Both the position numbers and the translations under genes were made by a program. From Octopus sinensis (taxonomy: Eukaryota): a DNA stretch of 64,000 nucleotides. Of this stretch, positions 13,455-26,030 are shown in pieces; positions within the stretch are counted from its first letter, which is position 1, and every line of letters begins with the position of its first letter. The notes beneath the pieces were generated by a model. It did no database searches, was not told the DNA's origin, and worked only from the letters and a program-made list of their open reading frames with translations. The stretch lies in the NCBI RefSeq assembly GCF_006345805.1, contig NC_042997.1:178436001-178500000 (forward strand). Direction: 5' to 3'.

Positions 13455-14050
13455 GGCGGCGAGCTGGCAGAAACGTTAGCGCGCCGGGCGAAATGCGTAG
13501 CGGTATTTCGTCTGTCGTTACGTTCTGAGTTCAAATTCCGCCGAGGTTGACTTTGCCTTTCATCCTTTCGGGGTCGATTAAATAAGTACCAGTTACGCAC
13601 TGGGGTCGATGTAATCGACTTAATCCGTTTGTCTGTTCTTGTTTGTCCCCTCTATGTTTAGCCCCTTGTGGGTAGTAAAGAAATAGGTATTTCGTCTGTC
13701 GTTACGTTCTGAGTTCAAATTCCGCCGAGGTCGACTTTGCCTTTCATCCTTTCGGGGTCGATAAATTAAGTACCAGTTACGCACTGGGGTCGATGTAATC
13801 GACTTAATCCGTTTGTCTGTTCTTGTTTGTCCCCTCTATGTTTAGCCCCTTGTGGGTAGTAAAGAAATAGGTATTTCGTCTGTCGTTACGTTCTGAGTTC
13901 AAATTCCGTTGAGGTCGACTTTGCCTTTCATCCTCTCGGGGTCGATAAATTAAGTACCAGTTTCGCACTGGGACGATGTAATCGACTTAATCCCTTTGTC
14001 TGTCCTTGTTTGTCCCCTCTATGTTTAGACCCTTGTGGGTGGTAAAGAAA
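13455..14050 (+). mobile_element. SINE family B with three tandem 184-bp units
   Basis: Units start at 13503, 13687 and 13871. Confidence 0.92.
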
Positions 14051-15188
14051 AATTTTTTTTTTTTTTTTTTCTAAAATTTTCGTTGCGTCTTGCAACCTTT
14101 TCACTAGTCTGAGTTAACATCTAATCAGGCCAGCGTAGCTTTTTATTGTTCTGGAATAGACAAAGTACTGGGAGTGGCTCCAGCACACTATACTCTTCCC
14201 GAAAACGTGTGGCGTTGTGTTACTGTTAGAAATCAAGATTGGATATAATGCAGTTGCTCGATTTGCGAGAAATTGCTGCTAAACCTCTTCCAAAACACGC
14301 GTCATCATTTTAAAAGTGATACATTGGGGAATGTATTCCCTGATATACAATATCAAAACTGATCATGACCGTAACATTTTTAACCATAGATCTGCTCGAT
14401 CAGAGCTGAATTGGAGCTAAAGTAAAACAGTGTTTCAGGTCAACTAATCTTATGATTTGTAAGCCTCTTACCGTATAAATTATATATGTCACCAACAAAA
14501 TCATAATTATAAGATTGCCACACACAAGTTATTTAAGTCTCTTATTTTTATAGTATATAAATCATGCAAAGGTTTCTGTCATGATTAGCAGATTTCTCGT
14601 TTTCATTTCTCCACATCTTTACAAATAATATATATATATTGTTCTGTCTTTTACTGTTTTTACTTTTTTATTGATTTTACTGTTTTGTTCTTACTGTCAT
14701 GTTCTTGTTACCACTTTCACACTCCGCAAAAACTCCCAAATTTTATTTAATTTCCTTTGAGGGAAGGACTGTTTCAATGAAGTCGAGTCTTGTCCTTACC
14801 TTCGAAAACGCGGAGTATATGAAGCAGGGACAACTGAAGAAGGGGGATATTCCCTGCATTGTATGTCTTGTTTCTCTGTTTTTTCGTTGTTTGAAAAAAA
14901 GTTCTTTTCTATGTTTTTGTTTTTATGTTTTCGTTTCTCATTGCGTTCAATGTTTTTTTTGATGTCCTGTACCCATATATGCATGTATATATATACACAC
15001 ATATATGCATGTATATATACACACATGTATATATATGCATGTATATATACCCATATATGCATGTATATATACACACACATATATATATAGGTATGTACAT
15101 ATATGTATGTATATATGCATATATTTATATGTTATTTATATTATTATATGATATGATCGAACGCCACGCATCCTTTTCCAAGTAAGTT

Positions 15189-15265
<77 letters not shown>

Positions 15266-16394
15266 ACCGCGAGTACGGGCGAATGGCACCGCGAGTGTCG
15301 CGTTGCTCTCAAGCAACTCTGCCGTCCCGGGTCGACCTTGAGTGACTCCATCACAACCAAAGCATTCTATAGGGGATTAGTGGAGGGGAGGTACGACGAC
15401 GAGCTCAGGGCGAACCTGGACGTCGACGAGGAATACCTGACCCGCCTGTTCGGGACGACTTTCGGGCCAGGGCCCATGGACAACTTCCAGAGATCCCTGG
15501 CCTGGCAGTGCTACCGAGAAGCTCTACCCATTCGGGATAAGCTCTACAGACACGGCTCGAGAAACACGGGGCCGACCTGCCCGAGATGCGGTCAGAGCGA
15601 CGAAACCGTTCTTCACGCCTTGTGCAGTGTCCAAAAATTTCCGACCTGTGGGCTTATGTCGAACAACTGCTGTCACATGTGGGACGAGTCGGTTTATCAG
15701 CTGAGTCTATCGTCAATATTGTCACGCCTCCTTCCTTCAAACGGGAAGGAAGAACTATTTTTATCATCCTTGTGGCTATGGCGAAAGAATGTATCTGGTG
15801 GACGCGTCTGAAAGGATTGGAGACAAATACTTTCCTCTCTGGTCAATCTCTCATCAACTTCTTCGAGTACCACTTGAAAGGGAAAGTGAGAGTAGAGTAG
15901 AGAGGCAAGTTTTGTCTAGCGAATGTTTTAAAAAAAGATGGGTGAATGTAGCAAGGATGGCACGTATGAATGACGAAGCCACCTTGAGCATAATCCTATG
16001 AACCCAGAAATTTAAAACAGAGGGTTACCCACTTGCAAACAAATGTGGTAACATATAACAATATTGACCGAGGTTACCGTGGTCTTTTTCGTAGGCTTTT
16101 CTTCCCACGGATAAACCTCATCTGCTTCACCCTTTACACCGTACATCATGACACTGTGATACACGATCCCTATTGATCGTCTTTTTCCTCTTCCCCTTTT
16201 TTCCTCTTTTTTCTTCTTTTTTCTTTTTTCTTTTCTTTTGTTTCTTTTCCTTTTGTTTCTTTTTACATTTTTCCCTTTTACGATCCCTTTTGATCGAAAA
16301 CCTACGCCACTTTTTTTTTTCATATCCCAAAAGAAAAGCTCTACCTTGTAATTTGTCCCATATGTGTGCAGCCCTGTGTGGCCAATAAAGAAAC
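15266..16394 (+). mobile_element. 5'-truncated Tx1/L1-clade LINE (zf-RVT-like C-terminus plus 3' UTR) flanked by (ATCT)n on both sides
   Basis: CYREALPIRDKLYRHGSRNTGPTCPRCGQSDETVLHAL zinc-binding motif; one frameshift near 15622; ORF ends near 16001; 3' end ...gccaataaagaaactt; (ATCT)n at about 15190-15265 and 16396-16475. Confidence 0.88.
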
Positions 16395-16476
<82 letters not shown>

Positions 16477-16575
16477 GTCTGTCTGTCTGTCTGTCTGCCT
16501 GCCTGCCTGTCTGTCTGTCTGTCTGTCTCTCTCTGTCTGTCTCCCTCTGTCTGTCTCTGTCTGTCTGTCTGTCTG

Positions 16576-16707
<132 letters not shown>

Positions 16708-16732
16708 TCCGTTAACATATCTAGTCTCTCTG

Positions 16733-16920
16733 AGGCGGTGAAGTGGCAGAATCGTTTGCACGTTGGGCAAAATGCTTAGCTGCATTTCGTCTGTTTTTAT
16801 GTTCTGAGTTCAAATTCTGCCGTGGTAGTCTTTGCTTTTCATCTTTTCGGGATCGATAAAATAACTACCAGTTGAGCACTAGGCTTGAGGTAATCGAAAC
16901 TTACTCCCACCCCCGATATT
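16733..16920 (+). mobile_element. Degenerate SINE family B
   Basis: ggcggtgaagtggcagaatcg...gagttcaaattc...cgggatcgataaa. Confidence 0.7.
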
Positions 16921-18245
16921 GATGGCCTAATGCCAAAGTTTTAATCCAGTATTTCTAGTTTCTCTCTCTCTCCCTCTGACTGTAGGCACTGTATTTTTCT
17001 CTCCGGGAAATGCACCAGCAATGATCTTATATATTTTCAGGGTCCCTCTATACAAGTTCTCACCTGTATAGGATAAAATGATAATTATGTTATAAATAAA
17101 CAATAGAATACAGCGCAGAGTAATTCGCAAACATTAATAATCAACAATTTCTTACATGTAATTAAACATAAGTATACGCTAAATGGAAGTGAGGAAGTTA
17201 TTTCAAACCGGACACCTCATCCGAATGCTTGCAACGAAGCGATTTCCTAAAGGGAACCTGGTGCCAGGTGGTAGCGTAAAGTCAGCAACGATTTTAGTCT
17301 AACACCCAAAAACTCAAGACAGAAGGAGCTTCAACAAATCCTGCAAGCCATTTTATTCTATTCAACGCTTAAACAATTCCACCACTGTGGACTACTTTCT
17401 TCAATTTATGAACTCTTACAAGATGAAAGAAATATTTGATGTCAGCAGGATTTGAACTCAGGTCACAATGTGCCGAAAGAAATACTGCCAGGTATCTTCA
17501 ACGCTCTAGCGACTCAGGCATTTCACCGCCGGCGTTGCTACAACACCATTCATTCAGTCATCACAGTACCGCCTTTTTTTTCGCATTTTATTTTTAATTT
17601 GACAACGGAGTAACATAGTTGCTTCCCCCTTTTTCTCAGATGTTGAGTTAATTACTGAATCAGGAATTAAAACCACAAAGTTGTTTAGCGATGGTACCTT
17701 ATTACGTGGTTGAATAATTTTACTACACATCAGAGAATGGTTTTTATCCTAACCGTTCAAATCATAACCAACATAGTGGACGATTTCTTCCAGACAGAAA
17801 CACATTTGAATTTTACTGAACAAGTTTAACTTCATGGACGAAAAAAATACTATTCGAATCTTAACCATTTGAATGATTATGATTTGTTGAATTTCATTTT
17901 AAATCTGTATGCATATATTTAATTCACTATACTGACAACTTCGAAGAATTTAAATTCACTATGACATAGATTAATCACCCAATAAGTATAAGCTCTACTG
18001 ATATAAACGGAATATATAGACGCGTCTACAGATGATAGAAATATCTATTTACATATATAGAACATAGATTATTTGATTTTAACCAAAATTTCATTTTCAT
18101 CATATGCCTTATGTTGCATATTAATTAGTTTTGTTCTCGAAGAGAGTGAAAAAGACACAAACAAAAACAACTAAGTTATCTTGCTCCTGGAAAAAATGAA
18201 ACCGAAAAAAAGTGAAAAAAGGAAATAACGTGGTTATTGAATACT

Positions 18246-18473
18246 GGCGAGCTGGCAGAATCGTTAGCACGCCGGGCGAAATGCGTAGCCGTATTTCGTC
18301 TGCCGTTACGTTCTGAGTTCAAATTCCGCCGCGGTCGACTTTGCCTTTCATCCTTTCGGGGTCGATAAATTAAGTACCAGTTACGCACTGGGGTCGATAT
18401 AATCGACTTAATCCGTTAGTCTGTCCTTGTTTGTCCTCTCTATGTTTAGACCCTTGTGGGTAGTAAAGAAATA
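18246..18473 (+). mobile_element. SINE family B monomer with 13-bp target-site duplication
   Basis: gttattgaatact at 18233-18245 and 18474-18486. Confidence 0.93.
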
Positions 18474-19408
18474 GTTATTGAATACTACACCTGTACTTCA
18501 TTAACGATAGGAAAGAAGTATATCTAATTTTGCACTAGGAGCTAAAAGGGCAAAGTTTTCATCTCTGTTATTGACTATGAGCTGCCTATGACTGTTGGTG
18601 AGGGCCGGTACCTGGTTACGTGATAGAATAATTCTGCTACACATTAGATGTTAATTTCATCTTAACCAAGAAAGACATAACCAGCAGGAAAGACAATTTT
18701 CCGAGGAAGAAACACATTTAAATATATTCTTACATTCCCTATAAAGGGAATGCATCTAGTTCCATTTGTAGATTTTTATGAGTTATAATCGCAGTTATTG
18801 TTGTTGGTGCTAAGCTTATTAGTTCACTTTATGATGGAACTTGCACCATGATGCACAATATTATCAATTTTATTCGCTTAAGTCTTTTAGAAGAAAGAGA
18901 AGAAAAGAAGACCAGAAAGAAGAGAAACGGAAAAGAAGGAGAAGGAGAATATATGCATATTCTGTAAAATAGACTGCAATACTCAAAATGGCTCTATTAA
19001 TAACCAACTCAACTTGCATAAATGATACGGACAACTCATATAGTGAATTCAATAAGCTGCATCAGTACGAATTTAGCTTAATGACTCGTTGGACTTCCAA
19101 CCACTTCAACAGCAAGAATATCTTTTCAAAAATTTCCAAAGGTTATCTTTTCAATCTATCTATAGGCTGGGATCACTACCAGCAACACTAAATGATGCGA
19201 TCATCGTACGTATTCATACATGAGATATCATATGGCAGAGAAATAACAAATAATTGCATGCCGTTTTTGTCGCATATTTGTATCCTAATTATGAAATACG
19301 ATTTCGTTTTATCTATGGTTTAATAATATCTTCCGTGAAGCTTTTCATTTAATAGCATTGAAAAATATATATATGGTTTATTCAAGAGGACAGGACAGTG
19401 TCACTGAC

Positions 19409-19480
19409 CCTTGATGGTTTTCAGATATTGGTGAGATTGATACAATTGTGGCTCGGTTCCAACATCCTGTAAGTCGACGC
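19409..19480 (-). other. Candidate 72-nt internal exon of an unidentified host gene
   Basis: Acceptor ttttttattttcctgtAG and donor G|GTCAGT; length is a multiple of 3; open readings (G)VDLQDVGTEPQLYQSHQYLKTIK or RRLTGCWNRATIVSISPISENHQ. No homolog recognised. Confidence 0.35.
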
Positions 19481-19715
19481 CTACAGGAAAATAAAAAACG
19501 AAACGTGAGTGAGAAGGAAGTTCAAAAGGGTTGATATTCAGGGGAAAGAAGGATTGGATAAAGAAGTTAATATGGGACTCGGAAGAGATGAGGGAGAAAT
19601 GGATGACAACCGGTGTTGGTTTGTTTAAGTCCTCGTAAATTAGTGATTCAACAAGAGACAATATAAATACCAAGGTACAGAAATTGAACACTGAAGTCCA
19701 TTTGTTCGGTTAAAC

Positions 19716-19990
19716 CCGTGGTCCCCAAAGTGGGTGATATGTCCCCTCCTGGGGACGGTGGAAAGATCTAAAGAGGCGTTGAAGAAAATTGGAATGTAAT
19801 GGGGTGGCCAAAAAGGGGCGATGGTTGTAAAAGCAACAAAATAATCGATTAATTAGGTTAAGTTTAATATGTGAAATACAGTTGTTTTGAATTTACTGCA
19901 GAAAGTGGTCTGTTTGTGGTGGTAAATGGTGGTGGTGGGGACACTAGGGTACGAAGTGGGTGGCAGCCCGAAATAGTTTGGAAATCACTG
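19716..19990. mobile_element. Degenerate hAT (Charlie-like) MITE
   Basis: Ends ccgtggtccccaaagtggg ... tttggaaatcactg resemble CAGTGGTTCCCAAA TIRs; the flanking 8-mers ggttaaac/gactagac match only partly. Confidence 0.55.
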
Positions 19991-20340
19991 GACTAGACCC
20001 TTCAAGGTGGTCACTGTCGAATGACTGAAAAAACAAATAAATAAATGAAAAGATTTGCAAATGAAATAAAACCAAATGAAATAGAAAAAAATCAATAAAA
20101 AATCGATAAAACGACAGCTGTCAATTAGAAAACTTCTTAGTGCACTTTGACCAACAAGAAATAACAGCTAAATCTCCCTCAAAATAATAAAAAAAATCAA
20201 TAAAAAGTTGAAAGAAAATAAGGAAATAGGGATCAGTACAAGATTAAATAAAGTAGAATAGAATGAAAGGCATGTTAGAATAAATGTTATAAGGTCTGGA
20301 AATATATTAAGTTTGGGGTAATTATTGAATTAGAGACGTA

Positions 20341-20850
20341 TTGGGTTGTCCGGAAAGTTCTTACCTTTCGACTTATTTTAGAACATGGTTGAGTCCATAA
20401 AATATGATTTGACTACACATCCATTTAGAGCACAGTTTAAGCTATCTTTTCGTGGAAGAAGGTTTATGTTCCTATAACCTGTGTTAATTCTGTAACCCTT
20501 TAAAATGGGAACCAGACAAAAATTGTTGCAGCTCAGCTGGGATGTATTACCCCACCCTCCATATTCACTAGATATTGCTCCTTCGGATTTCCACTTATTC
20601 AGGTATCTGTAGAATAGTCTTAATGGTAGAAATTTCAATTCCTTAGATGGCGTAAAAAGATACCTTGATGAAATCTTTGCCATGAAACCCCCTCAATTCT
20701 GGGAAGAGGGTATTTTCAAGTTAAAGGAAAGATGGAGACGCATTGTGCAACAAAATAGTTCATATTTGGTTGATTAAAAATGTAATGTCAAGTATTTATT
20801 GACCTTTTTCTTTCCTTTAAAAATCGGCATGAATTTTCTGGACAACCCAA
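20341..20850 (+). mobile_element. Internally deleted mariner (Tc1/mariner) element
   Basis: TIRs ttgggttgtccggaaagttc / gaattttctggacaacccaa, TA on both sides; residual transposase HPPYSLDIAPSDFHLFR...WEEGIFKLKERW. Confidence 0.93.
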
Positions 20851-21207
20851 TAGTAATATTTTTGGACAGAAACTTTGTAACTTAAATCATGTACGCATCA
20901 TAGAATGAAATCATCTACTTTTAGTTGTAATATTCGTGGGCAGAAACACAGTGATGTAACAAAGCTGTGTACAGTGATATTTAACTTGTTATTCGACTGG
21001 CTTAGCTAGGCGATTAATAAGCCTACCCATCTCGAGCCGCTACTTCTCATTGAGAGGTCGTAACTCCTGTATTTTGGACATGCAATTAGAATGCCGCAGG
21101 AAAAAAAATCGCAAAATAGTTTCAAGCCAAGCCAACAGGTAGGAGACTAAGGTAGACCAAAAATGAAATGGTTGGACAATATCCGTTGTTTCAGTCAGTC
21201 ACTCTAG

Positions 21208-21303
21208 GGAATCCAATTGGAAAGTGTAATGACAAGTGCTTCTGAACGGACCCTGTGGAGGAGGTGCCTGGAAGCTCTATCCCAGCGACCTTCCCAGGAA
21301 TAG
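21208..21303 (+). pseudogene. RTE-clade LINE C-terminal remnant
   Basis: GIQLESVMTSASERTLWRRCLEALSQRPSQE* fits the A.+R..WR..+EAL terminal pattern of RTE ORFs and is followed by a short gaa/ggat tail. Confidence 0.5.
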
Positions 21304-21599
21304 TGAACATTGTAGAAGAAGATGGATGGATGATTGGTGTAGACTGGAACGTGGAAAGGCATACGTTACGGGAAGTGTACTTACTTGTACTTGTGGCGAC
21401 ATTCACCCTGGGCGGGTTGAGTCGGCTTCTTCTACACTTGGAAGAAGTTTCGTGGGAATATGAATTTCACAAGCGGTCCCCAACAATCCTGCATGTAGAG
21501 ACATCCTGTTTGCCACAGATTGTCCGCAGACGCAGGGACAGAACGACCGAGGAGCCGCTGGTTGCCGAAACAGACACTCCGAGGATTTTCACCTCTGCC

Positions 21600-21790
21600 G
21601 GGTTGTGGCCCTAATACCACTCGGTGTCAGACCAATCCGCCTTGGGTGGCCCTACCATGAACCGAAGTTCCCGACGACATAGCTCTGACACTACCCGTTG
21701 CCAGCGTCCCCACCACGGTCAGGAGGGGATGGACTTTTTGGGACGCTACGGGAAGTGTCCATGAAAATACATGGCAACGGGATTTAGATG
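21600..21790 (+). ncRNA. Highly structured RNA segment, possibly an RTE 5' leader
   Basis: Helices 21624-31/21684-91, 21694-703/21772-81, 21704-10/21740-46, crossing 21729-34/21757-62 and hairpin GAAC-CGAA-GTTC. GCCTTGGGTGGCCCTACC...CATAGCTC...CACCACG resembles RTE 5' ends (from recall). Confidence 0.45.
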
Positions 21791-22597
21791 ACGTCATCGG
21801 ATTGTTGTGTTCGTGCTTATACTTCACTGTGCTTCATCAGCTGTAGACACCGAACCGTCGTTCATAGCTCGTTCTACGGAATGCTGTTGTTGTAGTTAAA
21901 TAACAAAAAGTAAATTTGCTGATGAGTGCAGAGTTTTGTCGAACTAGAATGAATTATGCTATACAGTTATATTTAACACGTTTGTGTACACATAAACGGG
22001 GAAAGATGTTTGCTGCGGAAACCGATTCGTAAAAAACAGAAATAGTCTTTAACCGCACTGGGACAGTCCAATTGATGTCATTCATAGCCTAGCATTTTCG
22101 CAACAGGTCGTCTTCTCCCAACGGAACTACTCCGAGTGATTGATTTCCCTGCATAAAACCAGTTTATGGACCGTATAAAAGTTAGAGATAGGTTTTTTCG
22201 TTTGATGTTTAATTGATGATACATAATCATAAATTATTTACGAGACATTAAAAAGTTTAGAAATATTTCAAATTGTCATTTTTTATGTGTCTACAAATTT
22301 TTATATGAAAATATTTCTGAAGTTATGTAAATGATATTTCCTCTCTTGTTTTTGAGGTGTAGTGCACATGTGATCTCTTGTTTAAGATTGAAAGGTATGT
22401 AATTTGAGGGAGATTTAGCTGTTATTTCTCGTTGGTCAAAGAGCACTTAGAGGTTTTCTCATTGGCAGATGTCGTTTTATCATTACAGCTGTTGGAGTTG
22501 TTGTGTTGACATCGATCATTTATTTGGTATGATTTGGAGGTTTTTATTCCCATTCTAGCCACTTGATATGATCGGTATTTTAAATAACGATCTTATA

Positions 22598-22690
<93 letters not shown>

Positions 22691-22691
22691 T

Positions 22692-22978
22692 ATGCGCCCT
22701 TTTCAAGCCTAGCTAGGCTCATGGGCCCGGTTTCCCGGTTTCTGTGGCGTATGTGTTCCTCCCAGCTGGACGGGACGCCAGTCCATCGCAGCATTACCCA
22801 AGAAACAGAGAGAAAGAGTGAGAGAAAGTTGGGGTGAAAGAGTACAATAGGGGTCGCAACCACCCTCTGCTGGAGCCTAGTGGAGCTTTAGGTGTTTTCG
22901 CTTGATAAATACACACAACGCCCGGTCTGGGAATCGAAACCGTGATCCGCCGACTGCGAGTCCGCTGCTCTAACCACT
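22692..22978 (-). mobile_element. SINE family C (tRNA-Arg-like head), tail variant 2
   Basis: Minus strand GTGGTTAGAGCAGCGGACTCGCAG...GGTTTCGATTCCCAGACCGGG; tail GGACTGGCGTCCCGTCCAGCTGGG...GAGCCTAGCTAGGCTTGAAAAGGG. Confidence 0.88.
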
Positions 22979-23229
22979 AAAAGCTCTTAGATACCATATG
23001 ACAATGGACATCAACCCTTCACCAAACATTTCGATTGCTCGATTTCCACCTACCTTTATTCGGGCCAAATCCCATCACTATCATGTCGTCCGTGAACATA
23101 TCGTGCCACATCTGCCTTGGTCATCTGTTCGCGCTTTCATCTCCTTCAGGCGTCCATTTCATCACGGTGGTATCATATCTCTGCTGTGATAACCGAAGCA
23201 GATTGCCAGTTAACCGTATCCGCCGTCTA

Positions 23230-23709
23230 GTCTCTTCTCCTTATCTCCTCAAAGACATACAGCATCTCGAAAGAGTCCAGAAGCTGGCTACCCGCATGGT
23301 TCATGGTCTCAAAAATTTGTCCTATGAAGAAAGGCTGAGGACGCTCGACCTTTATTCTCTTGAAAACAGCCGCCGCCGTGGTGATCTCATTCTCGCCCAC
23401 AACATCATAAGCGGAAAGTGTAACCTCTCGAAAGTGCTGTTCTTCACTCCTGCTCCAGAGCGTCGGCTGCGGGGTCATTCCAAAAAGCTCTACCTGCGAC
23501 GATTTCATCTCAATCGAAGGAGAGGAGCTTTCTCCGTCCGGGTTGCGGATCCGTGGAACAAGCTGCCAGACGAGATGGTGAAGATGCCGACGACCGCTTT
23601 GTTCAAAGCCTCCCTTGACCTCAAGTGGCCTGAACTCTTTACATGAACACCGCCCTGTACTTAACTCCATGTCCCCCTACATGGCCCCCTATTTGCTTTT
23701 GAGCCAAAT

Positions 23710-23746
<37 letters not shown>
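23230..23746 (+). mobile_element. 5'-truncated CR1/L2-clade LINE 3' end with (CTAA)n tail
   Basis: DIQHLERVQKLATRMV...LSYEERLRTLDLYSLE..RRRGDLI...RLRGHSKKL...FSVRVADPWNKLP is the canonical CR1-type C-terminus; stop at 23646; (ctaa)n at 23710-23746. Confidence 0.93.
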
Positions 23747-23747
<1 letters not shown>

Positions 23748-23799
23748 GTCACCACGTCCACCAAACTTTCCATACCCGCTCTTCTCATCACCGCTTATA

Positions 23800-24089
23800 T
23801 ATATAATACATTTCTAAATATCTCAGAGAGATTTATGCAGTAGTGGCACGATAAAGTAGTCGTATACTGTCAACTTAATGTGACAGTCCCCCGAAGGGAA
23901 TCATACCACTGCTATTTAGCCTTAGGAAGCAGCAACGCTTCCTGTCGGCCTTGACACAATTCCTGTTTCCTTATGTTTGCAAAGGGGAGACAAACACTCC
24001 CTCCCAGCTAAGCTCGCACCTAGAGACCAGCTTCTGAGTCCTCGCTCGTCATCAGTCTGGAGCAGTTTGGCCCGCCAGCTGGAGATGCC

Positions 24090-24090
<1 letters not shown>
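23800..24090 (-). mobile_element. Single-arm homolog of the 4652-4959 palindrome, carrying a degenerate hammerhead core at 24020-24060
   Basis: Minus strand CCAGA-CTGATGA-C GAG CGAGGA CTC A-GAAG-CTGG-TC-TCTAG; the GAAA core is mutated to GAAG. Confidence 0.6.
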
Positions 24091-24169
<79 letters not shown>

Positions 24170-24294
24170 ATACATTATTCCCATCTGTTAATTTTTATGC
24201 ACACATAAATCATTGCCCCGGCTACACGTTGAGTCCTTGTGCACTCTTAATGATTAAATCTCTCGCTAAGATGGACTAAAATTGTCTTGCTCAT

Positions 24295-24902
24295 ATTCAT
24301 ACACACATACATACATACATACATACATACACACACACATACATACATACATACACACACATACATACATACACACACACATACATACATACATACACAC
24401 ACATACATACATACACACACACATACATACATACATACATACATTCACACACATACATACATACATACACACACATACTACATACATACATACATACATA
24501 CTACATACATACATACATACATACATACGTATAGATATATAGATATATACGCATAGATATATCGTACATACATACATGCAAATGTGTGTGTGAATATGAT
24601 CGCGAGTAAGTATATATAAAGTTTAATTTTGTCAATATTCTATGCGAGTGGAACGAACATAAATAACCAAGGGAATTGATAGAATTTAGAGAATGACAAA
24701 TAAGACGGACGCACTGGAGTGGAGGACAGTAAAGAAAAAAAGGTAAGAAGAAAGGAAAGATGCGAGAGTGAGTGACACAGTTGGTGATGCAGGAAGAGAG
24801 AGGGAGAGTGTGAGAAAGAGAAAGAGAGGAACGTAGAGAGAGAAAGAGAGAGAATGGAGGGAGGGAGGGAGAGGAAGATTAGAAACCAGAAGAACAGGAA
24901 AG

Positions 24903-24963
<61 letters not shown>

Positions 24964-25082
24964 TATATACATAAAAATATATACATATGTATATATACTA
25001 ATATATTTACATATATACACACATACACACACATATATATATATATATATACATGTATATATATATATATTATATATATATA

Positions 25083-25133
<51 letters not shown>

Positions 25134-25819
25134 CCTATATATATATACATGTATATATATATGTATATATGCGTATATATAACAATAAATATATGTATAT
25201 ATATAACTATATTTATGTGTATATATATGTATGTATGCATATATATCATATATAACTATATATATATAAATATGTGCATATATATATAATTATATATATA
25301 TATATATTATATATATATATATATATAATATATATATATATATATCCATACGTACATACATACAAACACAGATATACAAATCTAGACAGTCTTACAAAAT
25401 CATATGAATTCCTGCGAAATCTGAAAATGTAATATTCATTTGTGGCGAATATTTCGATTATTGTGTGAAAATATAAAAGCGAGATGCAGCCAGGTAAGCA
25501 TGAGCAGCTGGAAACCGATATCTTCAAATACAGGAAATGGTCTCTGTGAGTGTATGTGTATATGTGCAAATGTGTGTACGCATGTGTGTTTATTTGTGTA
25601 TATGTGTGTATGTATGCATGTATGTACGTATCTGTGTGTGTGTGTGTGCGTGTGCGCGTGTGTGTGTGTCTATACATATATATAATATATTTGTGTGTGT
25701 ATATATAGGTGGTGTATGCGTGTATGTATGCGTTTGTGTATGTATATATATATATATATGTACATATCTACATACACAAACGCATACATGCACACACATA
25801 CGTATATACATGCATACAT

Positions 25820-25852
<33 letters not shown>

Positions 25853-26030
25853 GACACATATTTGCACTTATATACACATACATAAATATATTCATCTGTA
25901 CATATGTGTGTATATATATATATATAAGAATATGTAAGTATATATATATGTATGTATATAAGTATATGTGTGAGTATGTATGTACCTGCCTGCGTGCGTG
26001 TGTGTGTGCGCGCATGGGTTTGTATGTGTG
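24295..26030. repeat. Large compound ACAT/AC/AT/AG microsatellite region
   Basis: Directly visible. Confidence 0.9.

Noticed and set aside
13455-14050. CRISPR-like or satellite array
   Set aside because: The units are 184-bp SINE B segments with no unique spacers, in a eukaryotic context.
21825-21955. Two CTGATGA motifs (minus strand near 21835, plus strand near 21919)
   Set aside because: Stems II and III do not form convincingly and GAAA is incomplete.
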